NCBI GenBank assembly: GCA_002269645.1 | Contig: NIVC01004477.1 | Location: 1 to 44,732 of the forward strand | Source of the DNA: Macrostomum lignano | Lineage: Eukaryota | Length of the DNA: 44,732 bases | Reading direction: 5' to 3' | Shown here: positions 1 through 18,416 of the stretch, in pieces | How positions within the stretch are numbered: position 1 is the stretch's first letter | Layout: the number at the start of each line of letters is the position of its first letter | Position numbers and translations under genes: made by a program | The notes under the pieces: model-generated | The model's input: the letters and a program-made list of their open reading frames with translations, nothing else | Told to the model about the DNA's origin: nothing | Database searches by the model: none

Positions 1-418
1 TACCCTGAGTATCTACTAGCCTACCGTGAGTATCTAATAGTCTACCCTGAGTATCTACTAGCATACACTGAGTTATCTACTAGCCTACCCTGAGTATCTA
101 CTAGCCTACCTTGAGTATCTACTAGCCTACCCTGAGTATCTACTAGCCTACCCTGAGTATCTACTAGCCTACCCTGAGTATCTACTAGCCTACCCTGAGT
201 ATCTAATAGTCTACCCTGAGGTATCTACTAGCCTACCCTGAGTATCTAATAGTCTACCCTGAGTTATCTACTAGCCTACCCTGAGTATCTAATAGTCTAC
301 CCTGAGTTATCTACTAGCCTACCCTGAGTATCTAATAGTCTACCCTGAGTTATCTAATAGTCTACCTTGAGTATCTACTAGCCTACACTGAGTATCTACT
401 AGCCTACCTTGAGCATCT
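1..418. repeat. Intronic minisatellite, 21-bp unit TACCCTGAGTATCTACTAGCC
   Basis: About 20 tandem copies seen directly; degenerate copies continue towards the acceptor at 561. Confidence 0.95.
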
Positions 419-561
419 CGGAATCCACCAAGAGCATGTAAGGCCCCTCTAACTTGGTATCTTCGGATCGAAATTATGTAGCTGCTGTCTATAGTGTCTA
501 CCTATCTACCTCAAGTCGCTACCAATCTACCCCGAGAATTCCTCCTCCTCAACGGTCGCAG

Positions 562-3500
562 GGCGGCCTGCGAGTACCGCATCAACTGCGACGAGCCTGC
601 GGCAGACGCCACTCCTTTCCCCAACTGTCACGATTCGAACTGGGGCCCGGCCTTCACGCTGAACGGTACGGCCTGACCGCGTCGCATCGAGACGGCGTGC
701 TGAACTCCGTGAACGGTCACGCGCAGCTGTACTTCCGACGGACCCGTCGGGAGGTCCGGCTGCTGGCCAAGCTGCGTCGGAACGGCTTCGATGAGGATGC
801 ACTGGACCAGCACTGCCGACAGTTCGAGACCCCAGCCAGACTACGTTTCAGATTAGCCTGCCCGAACCCGGTGAGCCTCGCTGAGGGCGTGTATCTAGGG
901 TCTGAGGGTGTGTATCTAGGTTCTGAGGGTGTGTATCTAGGGTCTGAGTGTGTGTATCTAGGGTCTGAGGGTGTGTATCTAGGTTCTGAGGGTGTGTATC
1001 TAGGTTCTGATAGTGTGTATCTAGGGTCTGAGGGTGTGTATCTAGGGTCTGAGAGTGTGTATCTAGGTTCTGAGTGTGTGTATCTAGGGTCTGAGGGTGT
1101 GTATCTAGGTTCTGAGGGTGTGTATCTAGGGTCTGAGTGTGTGTATCTAGGGTCTGAGGGTGTGTATCTAGGGTCTGAGTGTGTGTATCTAGGGTCTGAG
1201 GGTGTGTATCTAGGGTCTGAGTGTGTGTATCTAGGGTCTGAGTGTGTGTATCTAGGGTCTGAGGGTGTGTATCTAGGGTCTGAGGGTGTGTATCTAGGGT
1301 CTGAGGGTGTGTATCTAGGGTCTGAGTGTGTGTATCTAGGGTCTGAGGGTGTGTATCTAAGGTCTGAGTGTGTGTATCTAGGGTCTGAGTGTGTGTATCT
1401 AGGGTCTGAGTGCGTGTATCTAGGGTCTGAGTGTGTGTATCTAGGGTCTGAGTGTGTGTATCTAGGGTCTGAGGGTGTGTATCTAGGGTCTGAGGGTGTG
1501 TATCTAGGGTCTGAGGGTGTGTATCTAGGGTCTGAGGGTGTGTATCTAGGGTCTGAGTGTGTGTATCTAGGGTCTGAGTGTGTGTATCTAGAGTCTGAGG
1601 GTGTGTATCTAGGGTCTGAGTGTGTGTATCTAGGGTCTGAGGGTGTGTATCTAGGGTCTGAGTGTGTGTATCTAGGGTCTGAGTGTGTGTATCTAGGGTC
1701 TGAGTGTGTGTATCTAGGGTCTGAGTGCGTGTATCTAGGGTCTGAGTGTGTGTATCTAGGGTCTGAGTGTGTGTATCTAGGGTCTGAGGGTGTGTATCTA
1801 AGGTCTGAGTGTGTGTATCTAGGGTCTGAGTGTGTGTATCTAGGGTCTGAGTGCGTGTATCTAGGGTCTGAGTGTGTGTATCTAGGGTCTGAGTGTGTGT
1901 ATCTAGGGTCTGAGGGTGTGTATCTAAGGTCTCAATTTTTGTACCTAAGATCTTGAGGGTGCGTTTTGTCGCCTTACACGTAGCCTATTATATGTCCAAT
2001 GCTTGCATGCAATATTTAAAGTACTTTTGACCTAAACGGAAAAATTATGAGTCAGTAATTTCCGGGTTTAAACAAGCTGCTTACGCATGAAGTCTATCAC
2101 GCATGCTGACGCTCCGCTCATGGCTAAGCTCATAGTGCGCCCCAATTCCAGTTTCTGTGCATGACAAGCGTTTGACAAGGTAAAACTTTTTATTTTATTA
2201 TAGTTACTGTTGTTGTTTCATCATTTCTGAATAACCATGGGTCTGAAACAGTTTGTTATCCATGCTGTAAGCCAATAAAATTTGTATTTACTGCTCTCGC
2301 TATGCATTCACCAGTTTCTCTGTGTGTACTTTAATATTGCTATCTATTTAATACCTTTGGTACCTTGCTGCCTTTGCTGTTGTGACTTTTAGTAGAATTC
2401 TCAATTGCTCTAACCGCTTTTACCTATGTTTCAAAATAATTACAAACTTTAATTTGTATACGAGTGGATTATCTATCAGTAGCCAGTCACAGGCCATGGA
2501 TTATCTATCAGTAGCCAGTCACAGGCCATGGATTATCTATCAGTAGCCAGTCACAGGCCATGGATTATCGATCAGTAGCCAGTCACAGGCCATGGATTAT
2601 CGATCAGTAGCCAGTCACAGGCCATGGATTATCGATCAGTAGCCAGTCACAGGTCAAGGATTATCAATCAGTAGCCAGTCACAGGCCATAGATTATCTAT
2701 CAGTAGCCTGTCACAGGCCATGGATTATCGATCAGTAGCCAGTCACAAGCCATGGATTATCGATCAGTAGCCAGTCACAGGCCATGGATTATCGATCAGT
2801 AGCCAGTCACAGGCCATGGATTATCGATCAGTAGCCAGTCACAGGCCATGGATTATCGATCAGTAGCCAGTCACAGGCCATGCATTATCGATCAGTAGCC
2901 AGTCACAAGCCATGGATTATCGATCAGTAGCCAGTCACAGGCCATGCATTATCGATCAGTAGCCAGTCACAGGCCATGCATTATCGATCAGTAGCCAGTC
3001 ACAGGCCATGCATTATCGATCAGTAGCCAGTCACAGGCCATGCATTATCGATCAGTAGCCAGTCACAGGCCATGCATTATCAATCAGTAGCCAGTCACAG
3101 GTCAATGATTATCGATCAGTAGCCAGTCACAGGCCATGGATTATCGATCAGTAGCCAGTCACAGGCTATGGATTATCGAATGGTAGCTAGTCACAAGCCA
3201 TGGATTATCGATCAGTAGCCAGTCACAGGCCATGGATTATAGATCAGTAGCCAGTCACAGGTCAATGATTATCGATCAGTAGCCAGTCACAGGCCATGGA
3301 TTATCGATCAGTAGCCAGTCACAGGCCATGCATTATCGATCAGTAGCCAGTCACAGGTCAATGATTATCGATCAGTAGCCAGTCACAGGCCATGGATTAT
3401 CGATCAGTAGCCAGTCACAGGCCATGGATTATCGAATGGTAGCTAGTCACAAGCCATGGATTATCGATCAGTAGCCAGTCACAGGCCATGGATTATAGAT

Positions 3501-6500
3501 CAGTAGCCAGTCACAGGCCATGGATTATCGATCAGCTGTGCCTGTTTCACCCACCGCCCGCCAGGCGAGTACGGCCTGGAGATCTACGCAAACGAGCCCT
3601 CAGACGGCGAGACCTTCACCCACATGTGCCAGTACCTGTTGCACTGCGAAGCGCCCCCGGGCTACGCTGGCAGTTATCAGGGCACCACTCCGCCACATCT
3701 TATGTACAATTACAACTGCGAGACTGCCCAGCTGGGTGACCTGCCGGAGCCCTATACTCAGGCGGCGGCTCTGGCGGACTGGAGGTAAAGGGCGAAGCGA
3801 TTGTTCGGTGCTCAGGGACCAGGCAGTATAAAATAGCAGCCCCTGAAGTATGAGACAGCAGCCCCTGAAGTATGAGACAGCAGCCCCTGAAGTATGAGAC
3901 AGCAGCCCCTGAAGTGTATGAGACAGCAGCCCCTGAAGTGTATGAGACAGCAGCCCCTGAAGTGTATGAGACAGCAGCCCCTGAAGTATGAGACAGCAGC
4001 CCCTGAAGTGTATGAGACAGCAGCCCCTGAAGTGTATGAGACAGCAGCCCCTGAAGTGTATGAGACAGCAGCCCCTGAAGTGTATGAGACAGCAGCCCCT
4101 GAAGTGTATGAGACAGCAGCCCCTGAAGTGTATGAGACAGCAGCCCCTGAAGTATGAGACAGCAGCCCCTGAAGTGTATGAGACAGCAGCCCCTGAAGTG
4201 TATGAGACAGCAGCCCCTGAAGTGTATGAGACAGCAGCCCCTGAAGTGTATGAGACAGCAGCCCCTGAAGTGTATGAGACAGCAGCCCCTGAAGTGTATG
4301 AGACAGCAGCCCCTGAAGTGTATGAGACAGCAGCCCCTGAAGTGTATGAGACAGCAGCCCCTGAAGTGTATGAGACAGCAGCCCCTGAAGTATGAGACAG
4401 CAGCCCCTGAAGTGTATGAGACAGCAGCCCCTGAACTATGAGAAGCAACACAGAAGCCCCGAAGCCAACCAAAAGAGGCTGAACTCTCATCAAAGATCCT
4501 CGCTTTGCACCCTGCAGGCGGACCTGCAGGCTCTGAACATCAAGGACAAGGTGGGCCACCAGCCTGCCTACCAGAGCCAGCGGACTCTGCAGCTTCTGCA
4601 GTCGGAACCGCCTCATCCGCAGTCTCCCACTGCCAGGGTGAGTTCCGTGTACAAAATTGGCGACATCGTTCTGTTTTTATGATAGAACTTTCGGTTTCAG
4701 ATTAAAAGTGCAAACTCGGGGGGGGACAGGGTTTGTTTTTGCGGATAAGGGCTGCGGGCAAGGCGGTCCTGTGCTGCAGAGAGAGCGAACACACTATATT
4801 GGATCTGCGCAGCCTGAATGTCCCCAGCACAGTTTTCTGCCGCAGTTTAAGAGTCTGTGCGCCATGCGTTCAGCCTGTCTGCCTGCCTGCCTTCTGAAAT
4901 CTCGGGACTGAGGACTGACATTTTTCTGTCTGCTGCTTCCCCTGTGTAGCAGTCCGTCTGACAGGATGGTGGCTGGCTGGCAATGCAGAACTGCATTGTA
5001 CAGACTGGCTGGCTTGTGCTGACAGCTCGGCTTTATCTCTGAATTACCCGCTTATCTGTCTGACAGAATGACTACTGCCTTCTCATTGTTTGTCTGCTCA
5101 CCCATCCATCCCCTTTATTCCACACTTATCTTCTTTAATATACTCCTTCCCTCTCTGCTTCAACCTCTCCCTCTCCTTCTCTCCCTGTCTCTGCTTCAAC
5201 CTCTCACCTCTCCTTCTCTCCCTCTCCCACTGTATCTGCTTCCACCTCTCACCTCTTCTTCTCTCCCTCTCCCACTGTATCTGCTTCAACCTCTCACCTC
5301 TGCTTCTCTCCCTCTCCCTCTGTATCTGCTTCCACCTCTCACCTCTCCTTCTCTCCCTCTCCCACTGTATCTGCTTCCACCTCTCACCTCTCCTTCTCTC
5401 CCTCTCCCACTGTATCTGCTTCCACCTCTCACCTCTCCTTCTCTCTCTCTCCCACTGTATCTGCTTCCACCTCTCACCTCTCCTTCTCTCCCTCTCCCAC
5501 TGTATCTGCTTCCACCTCTCACCTCTGCTTCTCTCCCTCTCCCACTGTATCTGCTTCCACCTCTCACCTCTGCTTCTCTCCCTCTCCCACTGTATCTGCT
5601 TCCACCTCTCACCTCTGCTTCTCTCCCTCTCCCACTGTATCTGCTTCCACTTCTCACCTCTCCTTCTCTCCCTCTCCCAATCTGTTCTTCATCTCTCCGC
5701 CCTCCTTCCCTTCTCAGTAGAGTGCCTGAATGCAACAGTGCAGTGTGTTGCATTTATCAAAGACAAAGCATCTGGCAGTAATTATCTTATCGCAGTTCGT
5801 ATTTGCCCCAAGCTCTCCAATATCGCTATTAAGCGATATCTTCTTTATTAGCCTTACTGCGCCCCGTGTTGTGCAGAATTCCCCACCCAAATCCCAAAAG
5901 TTCGACCTTTACAATCGAATCAATGCGTAGGAGAGCTGCCGCTTGCGCGGCTGGTGGCGCTACCTGCCTGCAATTTGTAAAAGTACATCTGGATTGGGAA
6001 GGGGAGAAAATATCCCTCTGTTTCCTCAGGCGGTGTCAGTTTGTTTAACGTTAACCTATTTAATCCCAGTTTGTAATATTGATCATTTATACTTTATCCT
6101 CATCCTTTGTTGCAGCTGCCGAGCCAGTCCGACCCTCTGCCTCATCAGGTCCCGGCTATCCAGCCTCTGATGGCCACCCAGCCGGGACCTCGCAAACAAC
6201 AGCAGCAGCAGCAGCAGCGGCGGCATCACCAGCAGCAGCTCTCGGGCAGCGGACTGAGCAGGCAGAGCTCAACTGACCAGAACTCCTCGGCTGCCTCAGT
6301 GACCGGCAGCGGCTTTGGACGCGGAGGCGACTTCAACTCGCCAACTCCGCCGCCAGTGAATTTGGTTAGCTGGCTTTTATTGCTGTTGCTAGGGGCGCGA
6401 GTTTGAGCAGGTTATTAAGTGCGTTAATAGGGGACATTGTTGCTAGGGGTGTTACAGTAGATGCTTGGTTGCTAGGGATGATACAGTAGATGCTTGGTTG

Positions 6501-7294
6501 CTAGGGTGTTACAGTAGATGCTTAGTTGCTAGGGATGATACAGTAGATGCTTGGTTGCTAGGGTGTTACAGTAGATGCTTGGTTGCTAGGGTGTTACAGT
6601 AGATGCTTAGTTGCTAGGGATGATACAGTAGATGCTTGGTTGCTAGGGGTGTTACAGTAGATGCTTGGTTGCTGGGGATGATACAGTAGATGCTTGGTTG
6701 CTAGGGTGTTACAGTAGATGCTTAGTTGCTAGGGATGATACAGTAGATGCTTGGTTGCTAGGGGTGTTACAGTAGATGCTTGGTTGCTAGGGGTGTTACA
6801 GTAGATGCTTGGTTGCTAGGGATGATACAGTAGATCAGAAGATGCTTGGTTGCTAGGGGTGTTACAGTAGATGCTTGGTTGCTAGGGATGATACAGTAGA
6901 TGCTTGGTTGCTAGGGGTGTTACAGTAGATGCTTGGTTGCTAGGGATGATACAGTAGATGCTTGGTTGCTTGGTGTGTTCCAGTAGGTGCTTGGTTGCTA
7001 GGGGTTTTCCAGTAAGTGCTTGGTTGCTAGGGGTGTCACGGTAGATGCTTGGTTGTCAGGGTGTCTCATTAGGTGCTTGGTTGCTAGGGATACCACAGCT
7101 GCTTTCTCAATAGAGGTGTTGAGCCAGAGCAGCTCTCAATAACTCTCTTTTACTCGCAAACGTTTCAACTGGCAACTTTTTCCAGAACATAAACAACGAT
7201 GCGTTGCCAAGCTATGAGCGGCCATGGCAACAGCAGCGCGTCGGACCGCAGCAGCTGCAGCAGAGACCGGCTGGCTATTATCAGGATCAGCAAT
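562..7294 (+). CDS. LTD-1/Hillarin/KY-like protein, upstream part: C-terminal repeats of a first module plus Q/P-rich linker (5'-partial, multi-exon)
   Basis: Exons read by eye: 562-870 (AACEYRINCDEPAADATPFPNCHDSNWGP / GLHAERYGLTASHRDG...RFRLACPNP), 3565-3784 (GEYGLEIYANEPSDGETFTHMCQYLL), about 4496-4637 (weak acceptor), 6116-6355 (poly-Q), 7186-7294. All GT-AG. GEYGLEIYAN and CEY...PFP...WGP are motifs I recall from Hillarin/LTD-1 C-terminal repeats. One-base frameshifts are needed near 646 and at the 870/3565 junction. Confidence 0.75.
881..1935. repeat. Intronic minisatellite, 21-bp unit GTGTATCTAGGGTCTGAG(G/T)GT
   Basis: About 50 copies starting about 10 nt after the donor at 871; source of the VYLGSE(G/C) ORF. 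Confidence 0.97.
2466..3534. repeat. Intronic minisatellite, 32-bp unit GGATTATCGATCAGTAGCCAGTCACAGGCCAT
   Basis: About 33 copies ending about 30 nt before the acceptor at 3564. Confidence 0.97.
3835..4441. repeat. Intronic minisatellite, 22/24-bp unit TATGAGACAGCAGCCCCTGAAG(TG)
   Basis: Tandem copies in two length variants differing by TG; source of the MRQQPLKC / YETAAPEV ORFs. Confidence 0.97.
5150..5680. repeat. Intronic pyrimidine-rich minisatellite, 45-bp unit
   Basis: TCTGCTTCCACCTCTCACCTCTCCTTCTCTCCCTCTCCCACTGTA, about 12 copies. Confidence 0.95.
6439..7090. repeat. Intronic minisatellite, 28-29-bp unit GTTGCTAGGG(ATGA/GTGT)TACAGTAGATGCTTG
   Basis: Alternating variants, degenerate at both edges. 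Confidence 0.95.
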
Positions 7295-7564
7295 GTACGA
7301 TTGAATTTTCTGGAGTAGCTTTAGTGTGCTTAATTCCATGTGACTGCATGCAAGTGTTCTCTAAGTCTGGTTACTATGGCAACATCTGAATGGATTTATC
7401 GTAAAAGCCATTGTATTACTATATTTTCTTCAGCAAGCACTGTTTAACAGCTATACAGTAACTGCAGATTCGAATATTTTTATCCTGCCAAGCGCTTTCT
7501 TCCGTTGCTAATGGAAACTTCCTGATTTCCTAGCTATAGCTTTTGCTTCTTAAGTGGCCAGAGA

Positions 7565-7760
7565 AACAACCTTATTTAGTAACCATAGCAACAACCTTAT
7601 TTAGTAACCATAGCAACAACCTTATTTAGTAGCCATAGCAACAACCTTATTTAGTAGCCGTGGCAACAACCTTATTTAGTAGCCATAGCAACAACTTTTT
7701 AGTAGCCATAGCAACAACTTTATTTAGTAGCCATGGCAACAACCTTATTTAGTAGCGATA
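7565..7760. repeat. Minisatellite, 25-bp unit AACAACCTTATTTAGTAGCCATAGC
   Basis: About 8 copies between exons 7186-7294 and 8312-8353. Confidence 0.93.
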
Positions 7761-7970
7761 GCGACACCAGCCAGTCTTAGCAGCAGCCTAATATGTTGAC
7801 CGTAGCTACAATATGGCAAAAAAGTAATTTCATCCCCAAGTTTCACTTCCCTCAAGATTCAGGTAAACTCCCGTTGCCATGGAAACACTAGTTAATAGAT
7901 AGGGTTTTTATCAGATTCTGCGTCAACGTTTGGTTACCATAGCAACACGCTACCATTGGAATCCCGCTAA

Positions 7971-8129
<159 letters not shown>

Positions 8130-8311
8130 TAACCAATTATTTCACCTGTTCCGTTTCCATCCGCATTTACCTGAGCCAAATTCTCCCCAGCTGTATGCAT
8201 GGCTAAGAAGCTCTCCTTTTGTCGCCATTTGTCCTGCTTTGGCCTGTGTAACAAATAAAGTGCATGTGTGTCTGTCGCCATTCTCTGCATTTCTATATTC
8301 TTCCATTTCAG

Positions 8312-14306
<5,995 letters not shown>

Positions 14307-14427
14307 CTGCCTGCTTACTCGGCCGAGTGAGTAGTATGGCTGGGACCGAAGCTAGAGCGAAATTGATTCATAGAGCTACTCTTCGCCGAGCATATTTAGA
14401 TGCGATCGAGATAGGAAATTAGTGGCG

Positions 14428-14500
14428 CACATAGTGGTGCAGCGGTAACGCAACCGATCTTCGAACCATAGTCCCCGGGTTCGAATCCCACGGCCCGGCC
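14428..14500 (+). mobile_element. tRNA-derived sequence (probable SINE head or tRNA pseudogene)
   Basis: A box TGGTGCAGCGG (14435-14445), B box GGTTCGAATCC (14478-14488) and anticodon-like loop CTTCGAA, but acceptor and anticodon stems do not pair. Confidence 0.6.
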
Positions 14501-16147
14501 ATATTAAATTCAGAGTTCACAGAATGCTCAATCAACATTTGTGTACGACGAAAACAATCAGGATCAATGTGTGTGTTGTCAGTACTATACTGATAAATAA
14601 GAGTAGGCTGCCATGCAGGTGCATCGTATTAAAATAAATACTGATAAACACTTCGCGTCAGTTCTGTGAGGAATTCCGCCGATGAGGGCTAGGCACAGTA
14701 CTCACAGTACTTGAAGTGCAAGTGCACTCTCATCCGAGTTTGTGTGTGCCTTTGGACTTATCATTTGTACTTGTCTTGTTATCATGCAGAATCTTTGGCG
14801 CGAATCGGGCCACTGCGAGATTTGAATTTGGAAATTATACCTCGATAAAGTTTTTACGCAACATATCGGCAAAGGTTCTTGTACTAAAATTTTGAATATT
14901 CCGCCGATGTTGCACCTCTCCGGGTGGTCAATAACTTCTCTAGCCTCTGATCTATGATAAATACATGCACCGAAACTCACTGCTACCCGTTTTATTAAAA
15001 CTGCCAGTGTTACTTAATTGTTAGCTTTTGAATCTCATTCGAATGTTTCATTTATATTACACCGCCTTATCTATTTATTTTATAACTTCTATATACACCT
15101 GCTCTGCTCTTCCTGTATTACAATGTTTTTGGTCAACTTTTTATTTTATTTTTTGTTTTGTGCAACTTTTTAATTTAATCACAATGCTCGATTAGTATTA
15201 CTTGATTTAGTATTATGCTGCGATTATTTATGTGCCTTTTTACGCAGCAAGGAAACGAATTTGATGAATTTTTATTATTCGGCTCTCCTGTTTGCTCTAT
15301 ACCCGTTTTATTGGCTTTGTCTATTCCGCTCTTCATAACCTTTGCTATTTGCTACTCTTGTGATTGAATTCTCTGATCATGTGACTCATAAAATGTGTAC
15401 CCCCTTGTATCCTAGTAATCTAGTCTCTAAAATCACTGGTCATCTAGTAAATTTGAGCAAGTTTAATTCAGACAGCTCTCATTTTTCTGTCTCAAATTAT
15501 TAATATGAAAACTAAATACATCGAAGTATTAATAATTACCGAGTTGAATTCAATGCTGACCGCATACGTGCATTATGCCTTAGTCTACTTTTTAAACCTG
15601 ATCGAGTGAAGCAAATCGGGTCATGTGACTTTATCTTGATAGCGATGCTGAAGTCTGATGTTGGGGAAATCTTCGATATCGGTTGACATTGTTATTGTCT
15701 GCAGCAGCAGGCTTTGATCAGGTTTTGCCTGTCTATTCATTCTGTTCTCTGATTATTCTCTGGTCAGTCTGGTCTGTCAACCTTTCGCTGATCATTATAC
15801 TCGTAATTATTATGATTAGCCTGTCTCTAATCCAACTGCTTGTCTCTTGATCCATCTTACCGGTAGCTTTCGGTCTCTGATCATTCCTGATTTTTTATTT
15901 CGTCACAGTTAGAAAAGCAAAGCGACGAGTCCACAGCTCATGTACTGCGGTGTTGCAATGGTTGTTGCACTTTCCATGTGACAAATTTATTTCGAATAAA
16001 ATAATTTTGTATATTTTAAGCTGTCGATTTAACCTGTCTCACGCTTGTGTGGGTTCAGTATATTGTTAATTTTTGTATGGCATCCAGACAATGTATATTT
16101 TTTCTCTCCTCTCTCTCTTCTCTCTCTGTCCTAGCTTGGCTTTGTCT

Positions 16148-16582
16148 CTACTCCTGCAGAGCCGCGCCATGCGACGGGCTTCCGTCTCGCTTGCCTAACA
16201 GGCGCTGATAAACTCGCTTCTTGCCCAGGAGGCCGCGGTATCCAGCTCGCTTTCCGAGCAGGCCGCGGAATCCAGCTCGCTTTCCGAGCAGGCCGCGATA
16301 TCCAGCTCGCTTTCCGAGCAGGCCGCGATATCCAGCTCGCTTTCCGAGCAGGCCGCGGAATCCAGCTCGCTTTCCGAGCAGGCCGCGATATCCAGCTCGC
16401 TTTCCTAGAAGGCGATGGTAAGGGCCTCGCTTGCCCAACAGGCCGTAGTAAGCGCCTCGCCGTTCAACAGAGCTGAGCTCATCGTTGTCGTCTTCTCGGG
16501 CATCGCAGCAGCCAATCAGGGCGCCCAGCAGCAGGCAGCACTGCACCGCCATGACAAGGCGGAACAGCTTCAGAGTCAGCAT
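16148..16582 (-). CDS. Neuropeptide precursor (144 aa) encoding nine C-terminally amidated xxLL-amide peptides
   Basis: ATG lies 1 nt inside an acceptor (TGTCTGCAG/GATG). Hydrophobic signal peptide MLTLKLFRLVMAVQCCLLLGALIGCCDA, acidic spacer, then peptides bounded by G-KR: GAYYGLL, GPYHRLL, AGYRGLL x4, AGFRGLL x2, VYQRLL. Confidence 0.93.
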   Translation of the reverse strand: MLTLKLFRLVMAVQCCLLLGALIGCCDAREDDNDELSSVERRGAYYGLLGKRGPYHRLLGKRAGYRGLLGKRAGFRGLLGKRAGYRGLLGKRAGYRGLLGKRAGFRGLLGKRAGYRGLLGKKRVYQRLLGKRDGSPSHGAALQE

Positions 16583-17453
16583 CCTGCAGACAGTTTTAGA
16601 AAGATCAAATTGATTATTTTTAATGCTGGACAAAAAAGAAATCGTTAAATGAATTTGAGTCCGTCTGCTAAACCCTGCTCTCTGTCTATCTCTCTTCTCT
16701 CAATTCTTATTCTGCGCAAAAATTCGTTATTAAATTCAATATCAAGGCGGGACTGGTCACTGGAGAGATACAAGCCAAGGATCAGGGGAACCTGCACTAG
16801 CAGGCTGCTCTCATCTTTCTGCCAGACAGAGGGATCTCGCTCTCTGGAGTCGCGTAATACAATTGATTCGCCACTCCGGGCTACAGATATCCATTCGGGA
16901 ACTTATATTGGGTGGTGCTCAGTGTCCCGCCCAAACTTGCCAATGCTCAGTGGAATGCATTACACTCCTAGTGATGGTAGGAGGCACAGTGCTACGCAAA
17001 AGTGCTCGAGTCTGCTACTGGTGGATACTGATACCGCCGCTGTATTTACACGAGGGGCCCGTTCTGAAGGAACAATGCCCTTCACCAAACAAACAGGCAC
17101 CACTCAAAATGAGCCCTGAGAGTGCGTACTTATCAATCGTACTTTTAAATTTCGAACAAGCTGCATAGCAAATTCGAATTAGTCAAGCCTGGCTTGTTAC
17201 TAGCGAATTCCTAAGTTTGGCTTGCAAGAAAGACAAACTCAGCTTGTCTTTGAAGACAGCTCTGAGATCAAGGGACGCTGCAGATAAGTTAAAGCAGCTG
17301 GACTTCACGTGCATTGTATCAGTCGTGAACTTGTGGTCTGCTCGCGAAAGCAAGTTCAGCACGCCGTGAAGAGCGAGATAGAAGGCGCCTTCCCCTGCGT
17401 CCCCTGTGTCGGGTCGGATCTGGACCTCTGCAGTTAAATCAAAGTCAATCAAT

Positions 17454-17565
17454 CAGCAACATTAAAAACCGCCACCCTGTACGCCTGAGCGAGAGTTAGA
17501 AAACATTGCATCAATTGCAGTTGCAGGGCCAAAGTGTACCGGTAGGGTGGCGGTTTTCAATGCTG
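17454..17565. other. Short inverted-repeat element (hairpin or mini-MITE)
   Basis: AAAACCGCCACCCT (17465-17478) pairs perfectly with AGGGTGGCGGTTTT (17544-17557); extends imperfectly to CAGCA...TGCTG termini. Confidence 0.45.
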
Positions 17566-18384
17566 CCTGGTGTCAATGAGGCGGTTATAAAAATCGATAT
17601 CTCACTAGAAGCCAGAGCGAGTGGTAAAATGAAGGGATAGAGTGGCGGCTCCCCCACCACTCAGATTTCTCGCGCCGTTCCCCAACCCCCCTCCGCCAGT
17701 CTGCCCCGCCCCGAATTTCTCTGCCCCCCAAGTGCGCTCACGACACCCTTAACCTCTTTCCCGATTGTACATTGCTAATTTTACATTGCTACAAGCACTG
17801 TCGTCTGTCTCGTCTTGTCTGTCTTTATCATTTAGGCGTTAACGCTGTTTCTTGCTGCTCCCACAAATCATTGGCTAGAGTTCGCCAATTTTGCCTAAAT
17901 CACACCACCAAGATGCATCGGCCATCCGACATGAAAAGCGGTCTTTTCTATTTCGTTTCGTTTCTTTTATTTTTGTCACGACGACTTTCTTAGTCATTTC
18001 CATTTCTTCAGTTCACCCTCACTTGTCTCTGTTTACTCTGTTTTCTCTCTCTCTCTCTCTCTCTTGTCTAATTCGATCTTGTTATTATTATCTCTCTCCC
18101 TCGCCGCCTTCTGATTGGCTCTCCATTCTTGCCTCTACTTAGTAGCGCACTCCACCCTTTTTTAATTATTCTGGACTCAACCCCCTTAAGTTAATGTCTT
18201 ATACATAACTGGTTTGGGCCCTGTGGCCTCACCCACTTCTCTTACTATTCAATTTAACTCTAATTTAAATCTATATAATATTCTCTTAATTTAGATTGGT
18301 TTATTTAGTATTTTCTTAACTGGGCGCATGCGAGAGGTAATGTAGGAGAGAAAGGAGTAAAGTAAGAAAGAGGGATAGGAGGGT

Positions 18385-18416
<32 letters not shown>

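Noticed and set aside
454-1956. 500-aa ORF with VYLGSE(G/C) repeats
   Set aside because: Only about 646-870 is real coding sequence; the rest is a 21-bp intronic minisatellite read through a GTGAGC donor.
2466-3534. CRISPR-like regular 32-bp repeat (also the 40-bp arrays)
   Set aside because: Head-to-tail repeats without unique spacers, no cas genes, eukaryotic intron context.
3600-5851. Several repeat-peptide ORFs (YETAAPEV, MRQQPLKC, LYLLPPLTSPSLPLP)
   Set aside because: Translations of stop-free intronic arrays in multiple frames and on both strands.
14428-14500. Functional tRNA-Arg(TCG)
   Set aside because: Acceptor and anticodon stems cannot pair; kept only as a tRNA-derived element.
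17353-17375. REST/RE1-like TTCAGCAC near the neuropeptide gene
   Set aside because: Only the left half-site matches, and REST is not expected in this lineage.
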